The translations under genes were made by a program, and so were the position numbers. Below the pieces are notes generated by a model. It saw nothing but the letters and a program-made list of their open reading frames with translations. It ran no database searches and had not been told where the DNA came from. This document shows, in pieces, positions 19,726 through 29,999 of a stretch of 64,000 nucleotides of DNA. The stretch covers positions 179 to 64,178 of the forward strand of contig JBGTBM010000009.1 of assembly GCA_041749335.1 (NCBI GenBank). The letters run 5' to 3'. Within the stretch, counting starts at the first letter, position 1, and each line of letters begins with the position of its first letter. The stretch comes from Patescibacteria group bacterium. GTDB lineage: Bacteria > Patescibacteriota > JABMPQ01.

Positions 19726-20789
19726 TGAAAGTATTATTTATAACTCGCAAATATCCTCCGCAGGTTGGTGGAATGGAAAAATATAGTTATGATTTAATTA
19801 AACATTTTCCAGCAGAAAAAAAAGTTATTTCACTTAATAAATCTCAAATTCATTTAATTTGGTTTCTTCCTTATGCGCTTATTAAGGCAATTTATTTATC
19901 TAGAAAAGTTGATTTAATATTTTTATGCGATGGTTTACTAGCACCTATAGGATTTATAATCAAAATTATTACTAAAAAACCTGTTATATCTGCCGTTATG
20001 GGACTAGATGTCACTTACAACAATAAAATATATCAAAATATAAATGTAAGATCTTTAAAACACCTCGACGGCATCATTTCAATTAGCATTGCAACTATAA
20101 ATGAATGTCTAAAAAGAAATATTGCTAAAGAAAAAATAATTTTTATTCCTATCGGAGTTAATTATAAAATTAGTAATAACAATAAATCTAAAAATGAGCT
20201 CTCGAAATTTATTAAAAAAGATATATCAAACAAAAAAATATTTATTACGGTCGGCCGTTTGGTAGAAAGAAAGGGAGTTGAATGGTTTGTTACAAACGTT
20301 ATACCAAAATTAAGCAATGATATAGTTTATTTAATAATTGGAGATGGACCCAACAAAGATAATATTAATAATGCTGTTATTAACAATAAAGCTAAGAATA
20401 AAGTATTTTTACTTGGAAGAATTTCAGATACAGAATTAGATCTTATATATTCAACAGCTGATATATTTATAATGCCCAATATAAAAGTAAATAATGATTT
20501 AGAGGGATTTGGGATTGTAGCTATAGAAGCATCTTCTCATGGTTTACCCGTTATCGCTTCACGCTTAGAAGGAATTCAAGATGCTATTATTAATAATAAA
20601 ACTGGCTTTTTCGCAGAACCAGAAAATGCCTCTTCTTTTATTAATAAAATCAATGAAATTTTAACTATGCAGGAGTATAATAAATCAAATTTAAGGTCTG
20701 AAATTCATCAAAATACAATAAAGTATTATTCCTGGAATAATATAATGAATCAATACAATAAATTTTTTAAATATGTCATCAATAAATAA
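19725..20789 (+). CDS. Glycosyltransferase family 4
   Basis: EGFGIVAIEASSHGLPVIASRLEGIQDAI is the GT4 EX7E region. Confidence 0.8.
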   Translation: MKVLFITRKYPPQVGGMEKYSYDLIKHFPAEKKVISLNKSQIHLIWFLPYALIKAIYLSRKVDLIFLCDGLLAPIGFIIKIITKKPVISAVMGLDVTYNNKIYQNINVRSLKHLDGIISISIATINECLKRNIAKEKIIFIPIGVNYKISNNNKSKNELSKFIKKDISNKKIFITVGRLVERKGVEWFVTNVIPKLSNDIVYLIIGDGPNKDNINNAVINNKAKNKVFLLGRISDTELDLIYSTADIFIMPNIKVNNDLEGFGIVAIEASSHGLPVIASRLEGIQDAIINNKTGFFAEPENASSFINKINEILTMQEYNKSNLRSEIHQNTIKYYSWNNIMNQYNKFFKYVINK

Positions 20790-21675
20790 AATAAAAGTTA
20801 GTATAATTATCCCAACATATAATGAAAAAGAGAAATTAATTAATTGCATAAATTCAATATATAATCAAAGCTACCCAAATAATTTAATTGAAGTTATTGT
20901 AATTGATGATGGTAGCACGGATGGAACAAAAAATTATCTAAAATATAATTTTAAAAAAGTATTATTAATTGAAAAGCAAAATACCGGAGCCTATGATTCA
21001 AGAAATAGGGGTATAAATATTGCCACCGGAGATATTTTAGCGTTTACAGATTCTGATTGTGTCGCAGATAAAAATTGGATAAACAATATTGTCAAAAATA
21101 TTAAAGATAGCAAAAATATAATCGCGGGAGGAAAAATAGTTCACAAAAATAATTTTATTCAAAAAGTCATTGGCATTTCCGATTTTGGCGAATATCAAGA
21201 TGACAAAATTAAAAACATTAATGCAATACCAACCGCGAATCTAGCCGCAAGTAAAATTATTTTTGATAAATATCGTTTTGATCAAAGCTTAAAATCCTCT
21301 GGAGACCGCCTATTTAGCTGGAAACTTTTCAAAGATGGATTCAAACTTATATATTTCCCCGACATAATCATATTTCATGATCCATCCATCAAATTATCCA
21401 GATTTTTTGAAAGAAAATATCGTTATGGCAAATCCTTTATAGAAATAAGAAAAAACCATCCCGATTTACCAGGCTCAAAAATAGTTAAGTATCATATATT
21501 AGGCGCTTATTTAATTTCCATCCTAAGAACCATTCTGGATATATTCAGATTATTTAAAACATTGAAAAATAATAATATTAAGATATATGAAATAGTACCA
21601 GCTATCGTACTTATTGGCCTAGGGAGAATTACTTTCTTATGTGGAAATATTGTACAATTGATTAAAAATGATTAA
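20773..21675 (+). CDS. Glycosyltransferase family 2
   Basis: VSIIIPTYNEKEKL...VIVIDDGSTDGT. Confidence 0.8.
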   Translation: MSSINKIKVSIIIPTYNEKEKLINCINSIYNQSYPNNLIEVIVIDDGSTDGTKNYLKYNFKKVLLIEKQNTGAYDSRNRGINIATGDILAFTDSDCVADKNWINNIVKNIKDSKNIIAGGKIVHKNNFIQKVIGISDFGEYQDDKIKNINAIPTANLAASKIIFDKYRFDQSLKSSGDRLFSWKLFKDGFKLIYFPDIIIFHDPSIKLSRFFERKYRYGKSFIEIRKNHPDLPGSKIVKYHILGAYLISILRTILDIFRLFKTLKNNNIKIYEIVPAIVLIGLGRITFLCGNIVQLIKND

Positions 21676-23320
21676 TTTTCTTAAAAAAAATATATACCAC
21701 CTAGTTTTTTTTATTTTAATAATATTTTTTACTATTTTTTATTTTTCAAATTTTTCATATGGCGCGCTTGGCAACGACTCTCCCGGTTATATTTTTACCG
21801 CTTCTAAATACTATCACAACGAAAGCCCAACTTACCGAGACGAATTAGTTTCTGACCTATTGTTAAAATATAATAAAGACGAAATTGGATTCGCCTTACC
21901 TCATTTTAATTATAAATTAATTTCAGAAGATGGTAAAATTACCCCAAAAAATTCTACCGGCGGGCCATATTTAATGGCATTAATGGCAAAACTGTTTGGC
22001 GAAGAAGGTTTTTATTATTTAAACCCCCTATGTGGAATAATTATTCTTATTAGTTTATACCTGCTTATTATAGATTTATTTAAAAAGTTTAAGTATAAGT
22101 ATATCTTAGGACTTAGTTCTGTATTTATTTTAGGAATAATGCCGCATTTCTGGTCTTATATTATGTGTGAACCATTACGTGAAATCTCGTCGCTGGCGTT
22201 TATTTTATTATCATTTTGGTTATTTTCTTTAGCAATAAAAAAACCAAACTATATACTAATATCTCTATCGGCATTTATATTTGGCTGGAGCATAAATATT
22301 AGAGAGAACGCCATTTTATTTATTATTTGCTTTCCAATTTTATACTTTATTTATAAAAAGAAATTTAATTTAAAGATAATTATTGCTATCTCAATTATCT
22401 TTTTTATTTTTACATCCTTGGCCTACTCTTTCACATTACGGAATAATTATAAAGCACAAAATGAAATAGAATCAACAACTGGAGAATCCTTGACGGCAAA
22501 TGCCGATCATATAAAAAATATCAAAATTAAAAATTGGTGGGATAATCAGGGTAAATTTAGAACCGGACAGGGAGGTTTATCAATTTATTATAATCACATT
22601 AAAGAAATATTTTTTTTACCTTTTGTAATATTTTTTATAATATTGGGATTAATAATAAATTTATTTCAAAATTGGAAGTTGGGTATATTGTTTTTATCCG
22701 CAACGGTACCGACTTATCTTTTATTTTCAGCATGGATTAATCCCTATACCCGCTATATTTATGCGGTAATCCCCCTTTTAACGTGCCTGCTAGTCTATGG
22801 ATTAATATTTATTATTGAAAACATTAATCAACTTTTAAAACCTAAAATGCAAATTTTTTATAAATCATTAATAATAATTATATTAACAATATTTTTGTTG
22901 CCACAAATAACATCTGCCTTTTCGATATTTTCCGGTGAAAAAATGCCTAGCACTAGATCAATTTCAAAAAATGATTTTAACACTATAAATAATTTATCTA
23001 TTTCTGATGATAAAACGGTATTAATATGCCTTGGAAATTCAATATATATGTCGGCCTTTATCGAAGCGCATACCAGGATTCGTACTATAAAAGCGCCGCC
23101 AAATGAAAAAATAAATGAAATAATTAATTATTTAATAGATAAAAACTATTCAGTTTATATTTGGGATGATGGAACCAATATTGAACAAAAAGACATTTTA
23201 AAAACATATTTTAGTCATAGTCTATACGTGTCATTAATTTTCGATTTTATAGATAACTATATATCAAATTTAAAAATACCAGGCAACAAAGTAAATGTTT
23301 ATAAAATAATCAATAATTAA
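21668..23320 (+). CDS. Polytopic membrane protein, GT-C-like (candidate lipid-linked-sugar-dependent glycosyltransferase)
   Basis: 550 aa with many TM helices and an extracytoplasmic C-terminal domain. It sits downstream of the DPM1-like GT2. There is no motif-level confirmation. Confidence 0.35.
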   Translation: MINFLKKNIYHLVFFILIIFFTIFYFSNFSYGALGNDSPGYIFTASKYYHNESPTYRDELVSDLLLKYNKDEIGFALPHFNYKLISEDGKITPKNSTGGPYLMALMAKLFGEEGFYYLNPLCGIIILISLYLLIIDLFKKFKYKYILGLSSVFILGIMPHFWSYIMCEPLREISSLAFILLSFWLFSLAIKKPNYILISLSAFIFGWSINIRENAILFIICFPILYFIYKKKFNLKIIIAISIIFFIFTSLAYSFTLRNNYKAQNEIESTTGESLTANADHIKNIKIKNWWDNQGKFRTGQGGLSIYYNHIKEIFFLPFVIFFIILGLIINLFQNWKLGILFLSATVPTYLLFSAWINPYTRYIYAVIPLLTCLLVYGLIFIIENINQLLKPKMQIFYKSLIIIILTIFLLPQITSAFSIFSGEKMPSTRSISKNDFNTINNLSISDDKTVLICLGNSIYMSAFIEAHTRIRTIKAPPNEKINEIINYLIDKNYSVYIWDDGTNIEQKDILKTYFSHSLYVSLIFDFIDNYISNLKIPGNKVNVYKIINN

Positions 23321-23326
23321 ATTTTA

Positions 23327-24187
23327 TTATTTATTTTTTGTTTTAATTTTTAAATAACCCCACAATAAAAATATTTTTAAAATATTAAAAGTATAAATAT
23401 ATTTTAATTTATATTTTAAACTTGGAATTTTTTCCTTAAATATTTCAAGTGGAATAAATAATTTAACAATTTTATTTTGTTTAAAATTATTATTTTTTCT
23501 TTTTAATAATATATGTCCTTCCTTAATTCTTATATATTTTTTATATAATTGCTTAAAGGAACTATTAGCAGGATGCTGCACTATTAAATTATCAGCGTAT
23601 TTAATTTTATATCCGTTTTTGTAAACTCTTCGACCCCATTCATAATCACCGCCAGATTTAAGTTTATCATTAAAGGTTCCAACCTTATTAAACAATTCTT
23701 TCCAAGTAAAAAGATTTGCTGTTACTCCAAAATTTTCGTGTTTTACGTAGTATTCTTGTGGAAATGCATGGACAGAATCATAGACTTCAACTGAGTTTAG
23801 TTTATTTTTATTTTTATAATACAATTCAACTCGACCCGCTATAACTTTATATTTCGGATTATTTTTAATTTCCCTTACGCCTATTTCTATCCAATCTTTT
23901 TGAGGAATACAATCAGAATCCGTAAATCCAATAATCTCTCCCCTGGACTTATTTATCCCTAAATTTCTTGCAGCATATGATCCTATTTTTTTTTCAAAAC
24001 AATATTTTACATTTTTATATTGATTAACTACATCTTTAATATTTTCTGTTGAATTATTATCAACAACAATAATCTCATAATTATTTTCATTATATGTTTG
24101 ATTTATTAATGCATACAAGCACTTTTTTAATCTTTCGGAATCATTATATATAGGAATAATGATACTCGTATCTATATAATTATTCAT
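23327..24187 (-). CDS. Glycosyltransferase family 2
   Basis: TSIIIPIYNDSERL...EIIVVDNNSTEN. Confidence 0.8.
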   Translation of the reverse strand: MNNYIDTSIIIPIYNDSERLKKCLYALINQTYNENNYEIIVVDNNSTENIKDVVNQYKNVKYCFEKKIGSYAARNLGINKSRGEIIGFTDSDCIPQKDWIEIGVREIKNNPKYKVIAGRVELYYKNKNKLNSVEVYDSVHAFPQEYYVKHENFGVTANLFTWKELFNKVGTFNDKLKSGGDYEWGRRVYKNGYKIKYADNLIVQHPANSSFKQLYKKYIRIKEGHILLKRKNNNFKQNKIVKLFIPLEIFKEKIPSLKYKLKYIYTFNILKIFLLWGYLKIKTKNK

Positions 24188-24226
24188 TTACAATACATAT
24201 TATTTAATCTTTCTAAACAAAATATT

Positions 24227-26743
24227 TTAACCATTGATCATTTTTTCGCTATTAAATAAATCACTAAATATTGATTTACTTTTAATGTTATTGGTCATAT
24301 TAGATATTTTTTTTTCGCTCTCATCTCTTTTTTTAATAATATTATTAATAAGATGTAATATTTTATCGTTGTTTAAACCATTTCTGCAATCATAATAATA
24401 TTCTATTTGATTATAGCTTTTCAATAGCTCATAATATTTATTTGCCCACCCTATCACCACGGCCGGAATTGAATTTTTATAAGCATGAATCACAGAATGG
24501 AATCTGGAAGCAATTATGAATTTTAACTGTTTTATAACATATTCCATTTCAATAGTGTTAAAATCATTGGGAATAATTGTAACATTCTCTGATTTATAAT
24601 TGCTCTTAATTTTTCTATTTATCTGATCATCTTCATTAGAATACCCGATTAAATAAATATAATATTTCCTCTTAATTAACTCATTAATTATTTGATTATA
24701 TAATGAAAAATATTTATTTTTATTAACTCGTTCCGCCACTCTAATATTTGGCACAATGCCTACAGAATTGCCGGATAATTTTAAAAATCTTAACTTATCA
24801 GGTTCTTTAAATAATTTTTTAATATTTTCCTCGTAATTACATCGCAACACTATGTCAAAACTTTTTTCCACATTGTTTTTAGTAAATTTCATTATCGCTT
24901 TATAGCTCTTATCCTCGCGTGCATAAATTTTTACTGGATATTTTAATAATATTTTCATTAATGGGAAAAGAATGATTTTTTGATAAATTTTATATTTGAA
25001 TGGACCAAAAGATTGCGGCAATAAATAATATTTTATTAAATATTTTCTCATCAATAATATATCGTGCATGCACATTAATGAACGATTGAATCCCCTTTGG
25101 GAAGATAAGGCATAACCGCTAACGTCGAAAGCATATTCGGTATTCTTTAATATATTGTTTATTTCATTCTGCTGTTTAATATTTTCTGTTTTATTTAATA
25201 TACCAGATTTTATACTTGAAATTTCCATTATCGCAAAGTTGTATGTATCTTTATAATCCAAGGTTTTTTTGTCGCGCGTTAATAAATATATATTATGTTT
25301 GGGATATTTTTTTTTCATTTCGCTAACCACAGAAAGAGTCATTGCTTCAGCTCCTCTGTTGCTAGTTCCTCCGCCCAAAATAATAATATTATTTTTTACA
25401 CCTATGGTTTTTTTGTTTAATTTATTTTTAATCAACAGTTCTCCTAAAATGAGAAGACCACCTTTAAATATTTTTAATATTTTTTTAATCCGTTGCTTAA
25501 TTTTATTTATTTTAATAAATAAACGTATTTTATAATATTGATTATCTCTTCCAAAATTTATATATTTTTCTTTTTTAATTAAATCTCTAATAATATTTTT
25601 ATCAAGCACGCTGTTATATGTAAAATTAGATAATTTGTTTTTTAGACTAAAATATTTAGCCTGTTTAAAATTTATAAGTTTCTCCTTTAATTTTTGTGAG
25701 GCTAATATTTTTTCAACATCTACTTTCTGTGAAATAAATTTATTTTTATATTGATCGTAAATCGTCCTACCCTTTTCTGTTCTAATAATAATATTTGATT
25801 TACCCAATTTACTTTCCTCTCCGGGAATATAGCAATCACCAAACGAAATATCAGCTTGTCGATTTAATTTATCATTGCAATATAGGCAGCGAGATAATTG
25901 ATAATATTGCTTTATAGAAATTCTTTCTTTCCGATCGATAAATATTTTTTGACCATCATTGAGTTCAATTTTTGTATTTCCCGGCCAACCGCCACATTCC
26001 TTTGTTCTAAAATCTAATATATTGATTTTATTGTTTTCTTTTATATATTTTTTCTTAAAATACTTATAAATATTAAGATTTAATGTGTTATCGCAAAAAA
26101 GCCCGAGAAAGAGAATATTTTCTTCTTTAATATTTAATTTTGAAAGAATGTTTTTTATAGCTGTAAATTGGCAGCCAGTGCCTACAATAATATATTTTCC
26201 AAAAGGATTGCGTTTAATTTCTTCAATTACGGGATAAATTGAAACCGGAATATATTTGGATTTTGCGGAATTTATAACTTCAGAAATTTGGTTAGTGGGT
26301 TTCAATTTGGGAATGTTATTTTTATCAAAATAATCATATTGCAGCGTAAAAGCTTTATCATAAATATTATCTCTTATTAGCTCTATAATAAGAGTAGTTA
26401 TTATTCCTCCACTAGCCGAATTTTTTCTAATTTTTATATCTTTAGTGTATGTAATGTATGAATCAAGGCAAGAACCGGCCAATTCAATTTCAGAAATATT
26501 ATTTTTAATAAATAAATTAAAAGGATCAAGATTATATCCCGGACAAATATTTTTACATAATCCACATTCTGTGCAAATTTTATTATCTATAACGGGTATA
26601 AATTGCCCCTTATTAAATATCATTGATATAGCGCCAACCGGACAGATAGCACGACATCCTTCGCATGATGTGCATAAATTCAGTTCAATAGTTTTTTTAA
26701 TCGTATTATTATTTCTCATTGTATTACTCTTTTCAAGTTTCAT
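24227..26743 (-). CDS. Fusion protein: 2x[4Fe-4S] ferredoxin + FrhB/FdhB-like (coenzyme F420 hydrogenase beta-like) domain + polysaccharide pyruvyl transferase (CsaB/WcaK family)
   Basis: The N-terminus carries CTSCEGCRAICP and CTECGLCKNICP, two CxxCxxCxxxCP motifs. The middle domain is FrhB-like. The C-terminal half has GGGTSNRGAEAM (GxxNxGDxA-like) and ASRFHSVIHAYKNSIPAVVIGWANKY, which are typical of pyruvyl transferases. Confidence 0.65.
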   Translation of the reverse strand: MKLEKSNTMRNNNTIKKTIELNLCTSCEGCRAICPVGAISMIFNKGQFIPVIDNKICTECGLCKNICPGYNLDPFNLFIKNNISEIELAGSCLDSYITYTKDIKIRKNSASGGIITTLIIELIRDNIYDKAFTLQYDYFDKNNIPKLKPTNQISEVINSAKSKYIPVSIYPVIEEIKRNPFGKYIIVGTGCQFTAIKNILSKLNIKEENILFLGLFCDNTLNLNIYKYFKKKYIKENNKINILDFRTKECGGWPGNTKIELNDGQKIFIDRKERISIKQYYQLSRCLYCNDKLNRQADISFGDCYIPGEESKLGKSNIIIRTEKGRTIYDQYKNKFISQKVDVEKILASQKLKEKLINFKQAKYFSLKNKLSNFTYNSVLDKNIIRDLIKKEKYINFGRDNQYYKIRLFIKINKIKQRIKKILKIFKGGLLILGELLIKNKLNKKTIGVKNNIIILGGGTSNRGAEAMTLSVVSEMKKKYPKHNIYLLTRDKKTLDYKDTYNFAIMEISSIKSGILNKTENIKQQNEINNILKNTEYAFDVSGYALSSQRGFNRSLMCMHDILLMRKYLIKYYLLPQSFGPFKYKIYQKIILFPLMKILLKYPVKIYAREDKSYKAIMKFTKNNVEKSFDIVLRCNYEENIKKLFKEPDKLRFLKLSGNSVGIVPNIRVAERVNKNKYFSLYNQIINELIKRKYYIYLIGYSNEDDQINRKIKSNYKSENVTIIPNDFNTIEMEYVIKQLKFIIASRFHSVIHAYKNSIPAVVIGWANKYYELLKSYNQIEYYYDCRNGLNNDKILHLINNIIKKRDESEKKISNMTNNIKSKSIFSDLFNSEKMING

Positions 26744-28240
26744 TTAATTAGCATTTTTAAAGATTTTTGTTCGAATATTTTTTAAACTTTCTCTAATGTA
26801 ATATTTAATTTTTTCTATTTCTCTCGCTTCAAAAAATTTTATTAAATACAAAAGTGCAAAAAATAACAATATTAATATAATTTTAATAATAAACAACCAA
26901 ATTATATTAAACTCTGGTATGAATCTATCGACTATTAATATAAATATAATTACCAATATTATTTTTATAATCCTATTCCATTGATAATTTATTTGATAAA
27001 AATAATTACTAACAAAATAGGTTAATATTATTAACAATGAATAAGAAATAATTGTCGAAATGGCCGCTCCTAGCATAGAATATTTAGGAATTAATATAAT
27101 ATTTGAAAAAATATTAATTGCTCCGCATATAATTAATATTAAGGCGGAAATTTCAGTTCTCCTTTTTAAATTTATTCCAATATTAATCATAAAATAAATT
27201 CCATAAAATAAATACGATAAAGCAATATATGGAACTATTATAGCCGCTTGATAATATGCTTCGGTGGAAATTATTTTAATTATTTCTTCTGAAAATACCG
27301 TTATTCCGGTAAAAAGAAAACCTCCTAATAAAACATAGTATATTATAATATAAGAAAAGATATTTTTAGCTTTTTCTTCTTTCTTTAATATTGACCACAT
27401 TATTTGCGCCCAAGCTAACTGAACAGGAGCAACAAATAAAAAATTAATCATCATGCCAATGTTGTAGCCCAAGGTATAGATACCGACGATGGAAGATCCG
27501 ATCATTCGCTCCAGCAAAAATCGATCTATCATAGTCATCACCCATGATGCCAGCGCAGCGGGAACTAAAGGAATGCTAAATCTTAATATTTTTTTCAATT
27601 TTACAAATGAAAATCTAAAATCAATATTTTTAATAATTATTGGCAGGCTCATGATGAAAAATATCATAAAGGCATACATCATTCCCCTCAATGCACCTAT
27701 AACTCCTTGATCCAAATATACCATAAAATATAATATCAATCCGATCTGAATAATTAAACGTGCGATAATATACAAACTATATATTTTTGATTTTGCCTTT
27801 GATCTCAATATCGATAGTGAAATCAATGATCCGACATCAAAAAAAGATGTAATAAATATTATTCTTAAATATTGACCATAATCTGCAGTCGCAAAAAATA
27901 ATTCGGAAATATTATCAGCATAAATATATAAAACTGCTACTACGAGTAACGAAAACAAAAATAAGAATATTACGATAGTGCTCACTAGGTTTCTTCTATC
28001 TTTCTCTTTTGTATAATCGTATATGTAAAAACGAAATAATGTGGTTTGCAGGCCCAAGGATAACATTATTATTACGATATTTAGAGTAACAGTCATAAGA
28101 GATAAAACTCCGTATTCATCAGTTGATAAGACCCTGGTATATACTGGAATTAGAATAAAAGCGATAATCTTGCTAATTAAGCTACCAAAACCATATATTA
28201 TTGAATGTTTCCCTGTTTGTTTAAGATATTTCGCGATCAT
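26744..28240 (-). CDS. wzx: Wzx-type oligosaccharide flippase (MOP superfamily)
   Basis: About 14 TM helices and an N-terminus typical of polysaccharide biosynthesis proteins (SIIYGFGSLISKIIAFILIPVYTRVL). Confidence 0.7.
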   Translation of the reverse strand: MIAKYLKQTGKHSIIYGFGSLISKIIAFILIPVYTRVLSTDEYGVLSLMTVTLNIVIIMLSLGLQTTLFRFYIYDYTKEKDRRNLVSTIVIFLFLFSLLVVAVLYIYADNISELFFATADYGQYLRIIFITSFFDVGSLISLSILRSKAKSKIYSLYIIARLIIQIGLILYFMVYLDQGVIGALRGMMYAFMIFFIMSLPIIIKNIDFRFSFVKLKKILRFSIPLVPAALASWVMTMIDRFLLERMIGSSIVGIYTLGYNIGMMINFLFVAPVQLAWAQIMWSILKKEEKAKNIFSYIIIYYVLLGGFLFTGITVFSEEIIKIISTEAYYQAAIIVPYIALSYLFYGIYFMINIGINLKRRTEISALILIICGAINIFSNIILIPKYSMLGAAISTIISYSLLIILTYFVSNYFYQINYQWNRIIKIILVIIFILIVDRFIPEFNIIWLFIIKIILILLFFALLYLIKFFEAREIEKIKYYIRESLKNIRTKIFKNAN

Positions 28241-28303
28241 TGCAATATATATTTAAATTTTTATTAATATTAATTATAATTACTATAATATTTAAAACAA
28301 TAT

Positions 28304-29947
28304 ATGTTAACCAAGATATTAAGTTTTTGGAAATATCATAACCTTTATATAATTATATTATTATCAATAATATTTTTTTTCATATATTCTTATATTTCGT
28401 TTCAATTTCCCGAATATTTTAATTCTCCAGATGAAGCCGCAAATTATTATTTTATCAATCATTTCATTGAAAATTTTAACTTTAGTTTTTACGAACCTTT
28501 AAACTCAGAATTTGCTAATTTATTACATCCCAGAAATTCAATTGTGATAGAAAACAATATAGTCCCGCTTTGTTTTCTAGGATTCCCCTTGCTCATTGGA
28601 TTTTTGGGAAAATTAATAGATGTCTCAATTATTTTATTTATCGTTCCGTTTTTTTCATCTACGGCGGCAATATTTTTTTATTTATTGCTAAGAGAAATTT
28701 TTTCGGAACGAATAGCTATTCTATCAAGTATTATTCTATTATTTCATCCTGCTTTTTGGTATTTTTCTTCACTATCAATGCATCATAATGCCCTATTCTC
28801 CTCGTTTTTTATAATTTCTTTATATTTTTTTATTAAATTATTAAAAAATCCCACTATTCTACGCTATTATATTCTGTTTTCAATCTTTATTGGCTTAACT
28901 ATAACCATAAGAGCTAATGAATTGGTATGGCTTGCCATATTGTTTTTTTCGCTTTTAGTATTCTATCGTAAAAGTATAAATATTAAATATTTATTTATAA
29001 GTTTATTGTGTTTATTGTTTATTTTAGCTCCATTTTTTTATTTTAATAATGCCACTTATTCCAGTCCATTTTCAACTGGTTATTCTCATAAAGTTGATAT
29101 TGATCTAGAGATATCGGGTGTCGAAAATAGTTCAAATGGAATATCTAAAATTTTTAAAATAATCGCTCCTTCCGGCATACGCCCAGAAAAAGTTCTGGAT
29201 TCATTTTTAGAATATTTTATTATTATTTATCCAATTTTTTCAATTTTAGTTTTTAGCGGTATCATTCTAGCAGTTAAAAATAGAGCCAAATTTAATCAAA
29301 AGCAAAAATTATATTTTAAATATTTATTAATATTATCTTCTTATTTGATAATTTATTATGGCGGCGGATATTATTTTGGTGCCAGCGGTTTGGATACTGA
29401 CTTTAATATCAGTTCTTCGCTAATAAGATACTGGCTTCCGATATTTATATTTAGCATTCCCCTGATAAGTATCATAATAATTAAAATATTGGGAAAATTT
29501 CAGCATAATTATTTAAAGATGTTCTCCTATTCATTAATAACGTTGCTATTAATGATCTTTTCATTTAATTTAGTCTATAATGATAAAAATTTTGGTTTAA
29601 TAAAAATTGCCAATAATACAATATTATATAAGCAAATATCAGATGGATTGCATAATTCCATTAATAAAGATGCAATCATTATTAGCAATAATGCTGATAA
29701 ATTTGTTTTCCCCAAATTTAGAGTAATCGGAACAAATTTAGAACTTGATAATTTTTTTCAAAATGAGAATGTAATTAAAACAATAAATGAACAAACAAAT
29801 AATTTTGAAATATATTATTTTACTATGTTTGGCCTTAATGATTTTGATAATATAAGTGCTAGATTAAGAAGCAAAGGTATTGAACTTATTCCCGATGTAA
29901 CAATAAAAGACATAAGCAGTTTGTATATAATCACAAAAGCTTTTTAG
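28304..29947 (+). CDS. Polytopic membrane protein with extracytoplasmic C-terminal domain (possible GT-C-like)
   Basis: 547 aa, at least 10 TM helices, extremely AT-rich. SPDEAANYY follows the first TM helix. Confidence 0.3.
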   Translation: MLTKILSFWKYHNLYIIILLSIIFFFIYSYISFQFPEYFNSPDEAANYYFINHFIENFNFSFYEPLNSEFANLLHPRNSIVIENNIVPLCFLGFPLLIGFLGKLIDVSIILFIVPFFSSTAAIFFYLLLREIFSERIAILSSIILLFHPAFWYFSSLSMHHNALFSSFFIISLYFFIKLLKNPTILRYYILFSIFIGLTITIRANELVWLAILFFSLLVFYRKSINIKYLFISLLCLLFILAPFFYFNNATYSSPFSTGYSHKVDIDLEISGVENSSNGISKIFKIIAPSGIRPEKVLDSFLEYFIIIYPIFSILVFSGIILAVKNRAKFNQKQKLYFKYLLILSSYLIIYYGGGYYFGASGLDTDFNISSSLIRYWLPIFIFSIPLISIIIIKILGKFQHNYLKMFSYSLITLLLMIFSFNLVYNDKNFGLIKIANNTILYKQISDGLHNSINKDAIIISNNADKFVFPKFRVIGTNLELDNFFQNENVIKTINEQTNNFEIYYFTMFGLNDFDNISARLRSKGIELIPDVTIKDISSLYIITKAF

Positions 29948-29999
29948 AACCATTGAATTAATTAATGTTATTGATATGATTTCTTTAAATATTTAATTT

